Source of the DNA: Eutreptiella sp. 'Long Island Sound 2002'
Taxonomy: Eukaryota; Protista; Euglenida
DNA: 64,000 nucleotides
Direction of reading: 5' to 3'
Assembly: GCA_964036045.1 (NCBI GenBank)
Contig: OZ038378.1
Coordinates: 163,184,001 to 163,248,000 of the forward strand
Shown piece after piece: positions 1 through 12,500 of this stretch. Below the pieces are notes generated by a model that was not told where the DNA came from, searched no databases, and saw only the letters and a program-made list of their open reading frames with translations. The position numbers were made by a program, and so were the translations under genes. Every line of letters starts with the position of its first letter. Position 1 is the first letter of the stretch.

Positions 1-416
1 GCTGGCCAACAAAATTACGAATAACTCAGCGAGCGCTCCATAAGCTTCTTCGAGGAAATGAAGAGAAAATCGCCCAAGACAAATTGTCTGCTTGCACTGC
101 TGTGCAGCACCTGGATCCGTGACCCGGCTCTTAGAGTTCAGTGGCACCACAATAACCCCGGACTTGAGGTACAGTATTCTTTAGTCAAGTTTGGCGGCAG
201 AGCTGAATTCGCCCTGAGAGGTTCCCTGAGCATCTGGGAGGGGAGGTCACCGTGCGGGGGGGCGGCAGCAGACTCCACTGCAAAGCATAGGGTTTCCAAA
301 AACGGAGTTACGGCTCCAACGCCACTACTCCAAAATCTTTGCCCCCGCAAACACAACACATTCGCACTCCTGACCTCACCTGAGTCATGTGGTAGAGCCC
401 CTTCAGTCCAACATAC

Positions 417-509
417 TGTCGGTAGCATTGACGAACTTGGGGTCCTTGTTTGTTTGGATGAATCGATCAACAGCACCGGCATCACCATCTTCGACACATT
501 CCATCAGAG
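417..509 (-). CDS. Ankyrin-like exon (93 nt, phase 1-1)
   Basis: ttcatttcAG acceptor and GTATGT donor; LMECVEDGDAGAVDRFIQTNKDPKFVNATD. Confidence 0.55.
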
Positions 510-3500
510 CTGAAATGAAATCGAGGTGATTTACGCGGATTCAGATTCATGGGCGAGAACAGAAAAGTAGAGAAGATGGTTCAGGGGAAGAGGCAGGCAA
601 GGAGGGGAGGAAGCGGTGCAAAGAATGAGCACTGGAGAGAGAGCACTGCCGCACATTCCTCGTCCCTTCCTCCCTCTGCCTAGGGGGGGTCCTTTAGGAA
701 CAATAGTCCTTTTTTTTTTGTTAAGGACCCCCCCTAAGAATCCCCGGAAGGCCCTTTTTCCCAAGGTCCGATGCCGGCCAACCCTAATCAAGACTGAATA
801 TTGGGACCGAGCTGGTGGGGGAGGGAACATCAGCTATGACTGTTGAGGGACATCAACAATGATTCACACATTGATGGCTCTTGACAAAGTGAAATCAGCT
901 TGCAAGTGAACCCCATCACCACGAGGCCCACTTTCAAGGCTTTTTGAACTTCTCAGGGGCCAAAATGCCCCAAAATGGGCTCAAAATGGGCTCATTTCAC
1001 CCGTTGGTGCACCCCAAATGGTCTAGAATGAGGTTTGGAAAAATGCATTTTTGACCCATTTTTGACCCATTTTTTGTCCCAAAACAGCCCATTTTCAAGG
1101 CATTTTGGGATTTTCGGAGGACCAAAATGGGCCACCACAAGCTCAAAACGGTCCAAAAACACTTGAGCTTGCAGCTTGCCGCAGCCTAGTGGGCCTAGGT
1201 ATTGGGGTCTAGGCGTTCGTTTGGGCAATTCTGAGGGGTGGAAACCACAAAACGTGGGGGGTTGCGGGTGGAGTAGGTGCCCTCGGAATCGCATTTTGAG
1301 CCATGTAGCCAAAGATATGGTCTATTCTTGGTTTGTGGCTGTCGGCATTTGGAGCTTTTGGGGACCTTTTTGGGCCGTTTCCGGGACATATCATGGAGTT
1401 AGAGGGCCGCAAAGGGCTTGTTGACACGGGGAAGTCAAGCCGCACATGAAGTGTACCCACCGTTTCCCTTTGTTTGGCCGCTTTGAATGTGTTCCAGGGC
1501 TTTTTTGGCCCAAAAATGGCTGTATTTGGCCCTAAACTGCATTTTTTGAAACCGAGGTCCGCCACTTGCGAATCCCGTTCCCGGCCGCCACCGTTGAGTT
1601 TCTTGCTCAAACTTTGTGTGATTGTACTTCACACCCATAGGTATCATCCACCAAAATTTCACCCGGATGTGAAGCACCACGACGGAGATATGATTTTTAC
1701 CCATTTCGCGCGTGCTGCCTGCCTGCTTGCTTGCTGCTGCTTTTTTTTGGCTCCTTTTGGCCCCCCCCCCCCCCCCCCAGGCGGCGCAGAGTTTTTCGAG
1801 GCGCCAAAGGCGCTCAAGAAAATTTTTTTTGGTCTGAAACAATTGGCGCCAAAGAAATTTTTTGATAGGCTGAAGGCCCAGAAGGCCCGATCTTTTTGGG
1901 GGGGGGACCCCCCCTCCAAGCCCCAACCCCCCAGTGGTGCCGAGTCGTCAAAAGGAGCCCTGCCCCCAGCGCAATCCCCCATTCATGCACTATTTCACAG
2001 GGTCCTCGTCCGTCTCAAGGTATTCCAAAAGGTATTCCATACCCCCTGATACCGCTGCTAACAGCCGCATCACAGTGTCCCCATCGCTAGGGGCGCCAGC
2101 ACACGTCTGAAACAACCCAACCGTGATAGTTCGAGGGTGCGTGCGACAAAGGACGGAATGATGGCCGGGGGGGGGGGGGTCCAGATCAAGTTTTACTCAT
2201 CAGGGGGGGACCGCAGTAATCGAGTGATTGCTGCATCTCCATGTTCGGCGTGGTCCCCGGCTCTTGCGATACTTCAATCTGCTCCCTGCGGTCCCCCACT
2301 GTTCATCTACAGGCACACTTATTTTAGATAAAGGTGCTGAACAATATGCCTTGGGCACCCATCCATCATGCAAAATTCCTCTCTGGACGCCAGCCAGCAA
2401 CAAAGCAACACGTTCAGTCACACTTGTTCAGGGGATGCAAACACCTTGCCATATTGCAGTGTACAACCGTGCGAAAGACATTGAACATTTCAAAACACCA
2501 ACCCAAGGCTCTGCTTGTGAGAGGTTGTGCGGCCGAAAGCCCACACATAGCACCGAAAGCACACAACACCGCTTGACACCTCCCCCACGGGATGATACTG
2601 CATCCGCCCTCGCCATGCACCATATCTTATCAACGAGAACACCCACGCCCCCCGCGAGAGCCTGATTCCCCCAACTTACACCCCCAAGTCGATCTTCCGA
2701 ATCAAACCGCGCCCACAGCATGCGCATCACAGCATACCATACACAGCGTCCGTAACAAACAAGGACCTTTCAACAAACCTGGTGCGAAATTTACCCCCGC
2801 TTGTATAATCCACACCTCGTGGATCTCTGACATTCGCAGCCCCTTGCATTTGTATGCGTGTTGGACACATAGTGAGTTCATCGCAAAAGATCCTTACTGT
2901 AGATGGTACTCAGAGTTTTATGAAGACAAACCCCTGGCTGATCTTGCGCCAAGTGCGGGTTCGACAAATGGTAGTAGCCGTGTGGTCCTCTGCGCCTACA
3001 ATGGGTCTGGACATTGAGGTTGCCTGGGGCTGAGGTGCTGCTTAAGGATCGGTGCTGCGGGATCTTCTGTCGTTGAGCTGTGTGTGGTGCAGAGGATATT
3101 TTGCTATACTGCTTGCAGAAGCATCTATTCCTTTACTAAGTCGATTGCTATGGATGGTTGGACCACCTCTGGGCACTTTCTGGTGCATTTTTTTGCCAGC
3201 CGCATGCTTGCACCGCACCAGATTGAGACACGAGGCAATTCGGATGGCATCAATCTGGACCCTCCGACTGAGTCATTCACCACGTTCGAAGAGTCAACAG
3301 CACTCCATACTTGTATAGCTCTTTTTCATCTCATGGGTCTGCATAGAGTACCCCTTGGAGGCTGCCAATTCCGTAGGTGTGATGCCAGCATCTGGGCATG
3401 AAGACAAGAGGTCTGGTACGACATCAAACTAGCGTATGCTTTACACCGCTGCAAGTACCTCCATTGAGAATGCAACAAACCTTCCCCAAAATGGTGAAGA

Positions 3501-6500
3501 TACGAATTGGACAACTGCACGATAATTTAGCAACTTGGAAATCCACGAAATCGTGAAATTCCAAGAATCTCATTTGCTGCATCGACCACCATATGACACA
3601 TTGGGGCCCTTGCCCTTGCTTTCCTTGCTGCCTGCCTGCCTGCCACCCCATGGGACAAGCCTGGTTTGGTAGCTGCACCGAATCCAGATGTATTTGGTGG
3701 CTCACCGTCCAGTTGACCAGCTGAGACCCACATGAGTTCAGTTTGGCTCACCGACGTCCAACTGCACAACTATGCCACAAATCCCAACATCTCACACCAA
3801 CACCCCGTCTACACACAGCAACCATTGGCTTGGGGAATCGTGCATACGGTTAGGAGCATTCGGGGTGACGCCAGCATCAATCAGCAACTTCCACAAATCT
3901 GCAAATCCCTTGTCGGCGACGGTGTGCAATGCTGTATCGCCAGTCACTGCGACAGAAACAGCAGTGGAAGCATTGAAATCTGTTGCCCAAGGGGATTCAA
4001 TGGTGTCTGGGCGGAGGGGGACGGGTCCCTGACACACTAACCCACTTACACACTGAGGAATGCGGATGCATAGCAACACGGATCTCAACAATGTGGCACT
4101 TTGTCGCCAAAAAAAAAAAGCTCGTGCGACAATCAAATTCACCTTCCGAGGGTCGATTCACCCCCTTCGCTGCAAAAGCGGGGCCTTAACAAAATTGACA
4201 CTGTCGTGCTGCAGAGGAGGTGTTCTCTCTTTCAATGCCGTGATGCCAGGTGAACCGCAGGTGGATCCTGCGCAATCCAGAAGCCTTTCAATGCTACTGG
4301 CGCCAAAAACAATGCATCAACACCGTATTGCACAAGAACACTTGATCATTCTGGCCAAAACAGGCTTCTGCTGAGATGCTACATGTCTCCCAATTCTCCA
4401 GTTGGTCGTACCAAGCCAACAGGTCTGTGTCTCCCAAAACCAACGAGTCGTCCGGAGGTGGCCCTTGAAGGTGTGCCCATGCAATGAGAGTACTGGGCAT
4501 GCCAGCATTCAACGCCAACACAAAAGTGGGGCTCCAAAAAAAGGGGACAGGAATGGCCAAACTGGGGTGTTTGGATGAAATTTGTCCCTTGGCAACGGGT
4601 GCCCAACAGATTGTCCACAGGACTTTTAACAGCCGCAGGTGCAGAAAAGCAAAAGTGGGCAGCCCCAACAGCAGCACCGGTAAGAGCTCCACCCAAGCTC
4701 CCAACAATGGTATCAGCAGCACCAGAGCCAGCCACACCAAAAAAACAAAAACAAAAACTGACACAACCGTAAAACAGGCAAAAAATAACAATGGTCAGTG
4801 GCAGAAGCAACCAACCAGGGCGAAGGAGCATGGGACCTCCGGGTGGAAGCAAAACGAAAAAACCCAAAAACAGCCGCACACGCACCAGAGGCAGAGTCGC
4901 AAGCGACTGCGGCCAAAGCAGCAGAAAGGCGCAAATCTAAAACGACACAAAGCTGCGAGAGCAAGAGCAGCACTGTCGTCCGCCCTGGCTGCTGGCGCGT
5001 GCTGTGGTCTGCTGCAGCTGCCTCACGTGGCCTGCTGCGTCAGCTGCTTCCTCCGCTCGCCTCGGCCACCTCTGCTTTCCGCTGCTGCCCGCAGCCATTG
5101 CTTGTTCTTTGTGTGTTGCCGTCATTTCTTTTTTGTGTGTGTGCTCCTGCTCTTGCTGTGTGTGCGCGCGTCTTGTTCCTGTGCCCGGTATACACTGCTT
5201 TTCTGGATGGTTCAGAAAATGCCTTAAAAAATGGTAATACACTCACCTGGGGTTCTGCTGCCCATCTTGGGCTGCACTGCAATCCAGGGCGTGTGCCGCC
5301 TGGCGGTTTCTTTTTTTTTTTTACCCGTGGGTTTGTCGTGCACCTTGATGCCACTTGTGCCTATTGGGCCATCGTGGCTGTGCCGCCATTCGGTGCCTAG
5401 CTTTTTGCTATTTTATGTCATCATGCCATATGTGCAGGCCCGTCAGGGCCTTCCGTAGTGTGCACACGTGCTTTCTCTGGAGTCACAGTACATGGCAAAG
5501 CACATGGTGAACACATGCATCATCATATTTTTCTGCGTTCAGCGCCGCTGGTGTCTCCCCTTAGCCCCCATACAAGGCACACGTGTCAGCAGGCAGTTGT
5601 AAGGACACGGCGCAAGCATTGCAGCACAATCACGCAGATTGTCGCACGTCACGGCGAGTTTTTCTGATTCTATTCGGCGCTGCTAACATTTCATGAACAA
5701 TCCAAACGTGACCTCCAGTGTGCACGGCCAGAGAGTGCTTCTGGCAGACATCTACTATGCACAGGGGGAAAAAATGTCTGTCCGTCCACCAGCTTCGTCT
5801 AACACATTGCAAATACGTGGGACAGTGTTCTTGTTGGCTTGGCTTAAAGGCCGAATCGATTTCATGGTGTTGGGGATGAGTGAGGAAAAAAAAAGGAGAA
5901 GGCCCAGCTGCTACTATCCGCCCCAACTCGTGTTCTACCCAGCTACATTTTGCTCAACATCTACTACTACTACGCCACAAAAGGACCACGTGGGCCACAA
6001 TCCGCCGCACTTGGGTAATACTTGCTCTGCGCTAAATACGCCCCAAGTTCCGTCCTCAGCTTACACTGCTAACTGAACCCTTTAAACGTGCGCTGCGCTT
6101 CATGGTAAACATCAGTGCACATGCAGGTCAAAGAATTTCCCTCTCTTACATCTTTTCATGTCTCTCTTTGGGACGGAACAGCGGTCCTTTTGGCCAGTAA
6201 TCAGGAAATGCCATCAGCACTGCTGCCTGCTTGCAAAGCAAAATTTGACCTATGCTACGTGCAATGGACTGGGCAAAGCTGGCTCAGCCTGATAAGTTCG
6301 ACGCCCCCATGGATTTAGGAGGCCCCCCACAAGGCGGACATGGAGCTACAGTCTTGTGCTGGTGGAACACACACCACGGTTTGCCTGAGTGGGGTGCTGT
6401 GTGGATTCCTGTGCTCTGCTGGCTGGTTTCGGATAGTGATAGGGACGAGCTCCCTTCATCAGTCGGAGCTCCGCGGAGAAATTGCGGGAGGCAATGGTGC

Positions 6501-9500
6501 AACATCAACTATCAAGTAAAATTGGCTGCTTTCGCATCAACCCCGGAGCAGAAGCAGACATACGTGTTGCACAGGAAGCATCAGCACCAGCCTTCAACAA
6601 AGTTGACACGACGTCTGAACAATTGTTCTCACAAGCAATAATCAGGGCAGTGCTGCCACCATCTGAAAAGCAGAAGAGGGACATCCGACACAACAGGATT
6701 GCCTTTTTTGGTCACAGACCGTCACAGACCAGTGCAGCACACTGCCATACATGAGCATCTGGACAGGTGGGGACAGCACAACAAAATGCAGTATCGAAAA
6801 TGAATTATTTGGTTCTACTCAGGGATGCAAACCCACCCCCGCCAACTGGCTTTTGAACCACGTAGCCCAAGATATGACCCATTCTTATTGGGGGCTCTTT
6901 GTAGCTAAATTGCACACATTTTGGGGCATTTTGGGACACTGCCATGGAGTTAGGGGCGAGCTGAAGGCTCTTTTACACAAGGCAACCAAGTTGGTCATGG
7001 CATATGCTATCTGGGAGGGCACATCCCAACTTTGGTGCACACGCTCTAGGCCTCCATTGTTGGGGGTTTTGGCTCAAACTTTAGATTTGGGAAGGCCATA
7101 TGTCAAGGGACAAATGCTCCAAATTGTAGCCGGAACTGGATTGTTCTTTTTGCAGTTAAAAAAAAAGGATTCAGGATGTGCTTGTTGTTGCTTGCTTGCT
7201 CGGTAAAAGCGGAGGTGTTGTAATTTTTTTTGGGTGTAATGCTTTGGGCAGTGGCATTTTTTTGGCCATTGTTGGTTTTCGGTCATGAGATCAGTTAGGT
7301 GATATGAAATGCTGTAATCCCCCTTATTTTGGATATGGAGAATTTGAAAATCAAATTTCAGACCAGAAAAAAGGAGGGGTTTGCAGGTGGACTAAAGAGC
7401 TGGATTCTGAGCCGCATAGCCCAAGATTCAGTCCATTTTTGGTTTGGGGTTCTTTGCAGCCAAACTGCGCGGATTCGATTTGAGGCTGTTGTTCGGGCAT
7501 TTCTCTGGCATATCGTCAGGGGCCACCAAAGGGCTCTCTGACATGAGGAAACGAAGGCGGTTGCGATGTGCGCTCTGGCTTTTTTTGTTTGTTTGGCTGC
7601 TTTGAGGGGGTTTGGGGGCTCTTTGGGCAGACACATGACCATTTTTTGGCCTACAGCTGCGCAGATTGGGGGGGCACCTCCCAACTTGGCCCGCACGCCA
7701 GGGCCCACCGGTGGGTTGGGGACTCAAACTCTGGATTTGGGAAGAGAACGGCTGGAGTAGAGTAAGCCCAGAACGTTGGGACAGAGATAAAAACGGAAAC
7801 TTGAAGTGCTTTTTATTGCTTTTTGTCTGTCGTTAGCTATCGGGGAGGCAGGGGAACCACAAGAACACTTGCCCCAAGACAAGCAGTCAGGTCTGGCACG
7901 GACCACCCCCGGCTCAAGTGCCCGAATCCTGAAATTGACCCATGGTTCACGCTTGGTGTTTCACCTCACTCAATCTCTGAGGTTTCCAGCTCACCATGTC
8001 TGTACCAAGGGTTCAGGTAGTTTAGCCGCCTTAGTCGCATTTGCAAGGCTACAGAACCTACAGAACGACAGTGCATCTGGTTTATTTGGTCTGAAGGTCT
8101 TGACAACTTGATTGTCAAGCAGTTCACATGCCGCCCATTTCCCACCGCCAGTAACGATTCAGGGTTCAGGTATGCGTACCAGTGCGAATATCCTTGTCCA
8201 CTGCCTTGCGGCTCACCAGTGCCTTCACGGCTTCAGTATGACCTTGGCCTGCTGCCAAGTGCAGCGGTGCAAATCCTCCATCTACACACACAACCAAAGG
8301 GTGTGAATGCATGCAGCAGACCTGCCCGAGACATCATGCTGCAAAGATGCTGCGGAGCGCCAATCTCCTAATCCCCATTTGAGCGAATTACTTTGCGGTG
8401 TGCTCTCATAGGAGTCCAATGGCATCTCTAAACCTCATATCATACCATGGCGTTTTGGTTCTGTCCATTCAGCGTTGTTCCAAGGTGCACAATTCACAGT
8501 GCCATACCTGGGGCATCTTTGTGCAGTTCGCTGGTCAATTGGATGTGTGCCCTTGCGTGTCGCGTTGAATTTATGAGCCACACCACACCACTGGCCAACC
8601 ATCGACGTCAACTGCACCATCCGCGTGCTGCAGCAGTAACCTGACGCCCTTGAAGAGGGCTCCAATCACACCCTACCATGCTTGTATGTGGGTATGCCCC
8701 TACCACTGCTTGTATGTGGGTATGCCTCTGCCACGGCAACACACAAATCATTCACGCTTCCCTCTCGACTGCAGCCCCTATTCAAGGTGGATTCGAACAG
8801 TGCATGCCAGCTGGTGTTGAAGAGAAAACGTGTGCTAAGGGAAAAAAAGGCTCTTTCGAGTCTCCGCGCAGAAAGGGTTGCAGGGTTTTTAGCCAGAAGG
8901 ATGCGGAAATCTGGCAGGTGCTGAGTAGGCCCTTGCAGCTTTGGGAAGCAGATGCATAACAGCTAGCCACAACTACCTTATTCTCCCTTGCAAAGTTAGC
9001 TAGCACATCACATCACATCACATCACATCACATCACATCACATCACATCACATCACATCACATCACATCACATCACATCACATCACATCACATCACATCA
9101 CATCACGTCACATCACATCACATCACATCACATCACATCACATCACATCACATCACATCGGGTGCAGTGGGCAAATGAGACCCTGTGTGACTGCGCGCAG
9201 GCGTCGGCAAGGCAGTGTCGGCCAAGTGCGAGAGTGCACTGGTCCGGCTATGCCACAACACACTTACACACAGCGCGCACACAACACACACAGCCCAGCC
9301 CGTTTACCTGTACCCGTGGGTAGACATCCCGGCCTTTGCCTTTTGGTAACAGCGCCTTCGGCACATCACATCACATCACATCACATCACATCACGTCACG
9401 TCACGTCACGTCACATCACATCACATCACATCACATCACATCACATCACATCACATCACGTCACATCACATCACATCACATCACATCACATCACATCACA

Positions 9501-12500
9501 TCACATCACATCACATCACATCACATCACATCACATCACATCACATGGGACATAAAGCAATGCATATGGGCATGCAAATCTCAACCAGCATTGCTATGCC
9601 AAGGCACACAGCACAAGAATAGCTGTCCCTGTCACCTCATCCCAGCACAGACATACAAGCTTTGTAATTGGCATCAGCCTCACCACACATCAGCAATAAC
9701 AGCATGATCTCCACATGGCCTTCATCGCAGGCGAGGTGCAGAGGTGTCCAACCACAATCTGCATAACGAGAAAACGATTTCAAAAATCCAAATAGATTTG
9801 GTTGTCACACGCCTCACTCCCTCACTGACTGGTAGTGTCTGGATGACCAATGAGATGGAAAAAAGACCTCTGTGTGAAGAATTGCTCCTGTCGTTCGGGC
9901 TATGGCAATATCAACAATGCAACGAGCACACGCTGAGGAAAATCCATTGATTCTTCCCACATGGGTAGGAACTTCCGGTTGAATATACCAACCCTTTATT
10001 CCTTCCCACCCACCCGACCTACGGTACCAAACATGGACAGCAACAGAACAGTGTTACCAAACGACAGCAACACAAATAAAAACCCAGTATTTTCGGCGCA
10101 TGGTGAGCTGCAGTGCGGATTCCTCGGACACCCAATCACAGCGGTGGTGCATGCACCCGCGCAAATCTGTGCCGAGCAAAGCCTATCTACAGACATTCCA
10201 ATGCATACAGAAAACGCTGTTGAAATCCCCCTGCACCCGGGACTAGAGCCCCCCTTAGCCCACCCCGCAGCAGACAGCGGATTTGTCGCCGTACTCGATA
10301 TTCCTCAAGCACCCAACGGTCCCTCGATCTTGGTAAACGCACGCAATGAAATGGTCCGCGCCCGACAAGTACGAAAGCAAGGGCCATTGAACACTCAAAT
10401 GCCAGGTACAGGGGATTCAAGCCATGAACCCCTTCACGTTGACATTCAAAACGTCAGCTCCCGATGCGCTGTACAACAACATAAAGGTGAAAGAACACAC
10501 TTGGGGCGTTGGCATCGATACCCATGGATTTGTTCCACTTGATGTACCTGAGAAGATGCAAAACCGGCATCATCAGGGTTGCAATGAGGGGTCAGATCAC
10601 TACAGCAGAGCGCTGTTAACATTATGGACAAAAAGGGATTCCAGGAATCAGCAGGCGGTACCAGACAGCCCAAAAAATGAGACGTAGGAGAGCCGAGGGG
10701 CATTCCGTCCTTCAGGGATCCTTGCTGAGGAAAATACAAATCCTCAAAATGCACCACAAAAAGAATCCAACAGCTGCACTCCAGACTTCTTAGATCGCAT
10801 CAGGCTCATAGACGGACAGTGTGAATGGAACATGTGGAAGAATGATATTCATGCACAAACCACTTCTGAAACCACTTTACTAATAATTGTTGCGCATTGT
10901 TCTTACCTGGAAGCGCTGGAATGCGGCTGGCAGGTCACCCCGAAAGCCCCTGCATTGCTGTTTGTGCATAGGGGCTCCCCGCCCCTCTTCGAGGGGCCTT
11001 GCTAGAGGCAGTAGAATTCCAGACGGCGTTCGATGGGAAACAAAGCAAAAGATAGCAAGCGGCACCATCGACAGGATCCACTCGTGCTAACAGACGTAAA
11101 GTGTGACTATGGCCTAGCCAGCGTTTAATTCACCCTTGTGTTCTGCTGGGGCCCCTGAAGATGCAGTCATCTGAAGTGCACCCAGGTTTGGGGGTGGGAA
11201 CAGAAATGAATCAACATGATCCGCACGACACGCTGATCATTTTGGAGTGTGTCATGGGGGTGATTTTTTCCCCTCAAAAATCCCTGTCCAAGCGAAGCGG
11301 CCCAATTTCAAGCTGGTTTGCTGAGTCAAACATGACTTTGGTCACAGGAGCCCCTCTACCAGGCCCCTGTCCGTTTATGGGGGGCTTGGATGCAACCCCC
11401 CCCCCCCCATGAATTTTCACTTGCCGTGGACTACTGAATGGCGCACCCGCTTGGCGAGCAACTTACCCCTGCGTGGGACAAATGCCCATTCCGCCATGTG
11501 GGAGTGTGCGCCGTGCATTATTGCAGGTGACCACCTGTCTTCTTTCTACGTCTGCCATACCAACAACGTACCTCACCTGTTGCCGGCCTCTTAAATTGGC
11601 CGATGCACCAGCAGACCCAGGGTTCTTGCAATGAGCAATGCTCGCTTTCTCCGGGTGGCCCTTTTCTGCGTCCCTTACTCTGCGTCCCTTACTCCAAGCT
11701 TCTCAGAGGGCGCGGCGCTTTTGGAGGGATTAGGAAGTTAAAAATAGTTGCAGTCCAAGCCTGTACGAAGCATACCACAAGATGAGCTCGACAACATCAG
11801 TATGGCCATGCTCTGCAGCAATGTGCAACACATTCCATCCCATAGCTGAATGAGACGTGGACAGGCGTGAGCTGACATGCCGGGGCTGCAAACGAAAACG
11901 ATTCACACCCTCGGAAAAAAAAACGTCCCTCATTGAGAAAAATCGGGGAGGGCTCGTGGGTTCAGTTGATGCTTTGTTTCTTGAGGGGTCAGAGAATGCC
12001 TGTTGTCCAATCTTTCTTTTGGACTTCCTCTCGCAGTTGGTTTGGTTTCATCAGCATGGCCTTCAACATTCTACACCCCTGAACATTGTGCTGCGCACTC
12101 AGCACCCCAAGCTCCCGTTTACAAGCTAGCCTGCCGAGGTAACAACTCCGGCAGAGGCTATGTCTTACCAATCGTTTACCAATCTACCAAATGCTCACAA
12201 ATATCCAAACCTCCGCTGTCGTATGCATCAAAAACCTTTTGCAAAAATCAACGAAAAAACAAAAATAACTTGTAACTTGTAACTTTGCAGCTGAAACTTT
12301 TCCTGGCGTCTGGGAGAATGCCATCTGCTATGAATACAGTATCCCCATGCGGGCGCTGTATCTTGGGACGACACACGTAGGAAGCAATGCCCAGGAAGAT
12401 AGAATTGCAGAAAAAATACTTGGCGACAGAATCTCCAGCTGAACCAACCAGTGCAATGCAGACCTGCACTGCCAGTCGAACCGCACATGGCCAGCACCGT

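Noticed and set aside
4484-5400. 200-247 aa ORFs
   Set aside because: Low-complexity A/C-rich intronic sequence with overlapping ORFs on both strands and no domain signal.
5653-5752. Possible additional degenerate ankyrin exon (KHSLAVHTGGHVWIVHEMLAA)
   Set aside because: Phase-compatible, but the motif is too weak to call.
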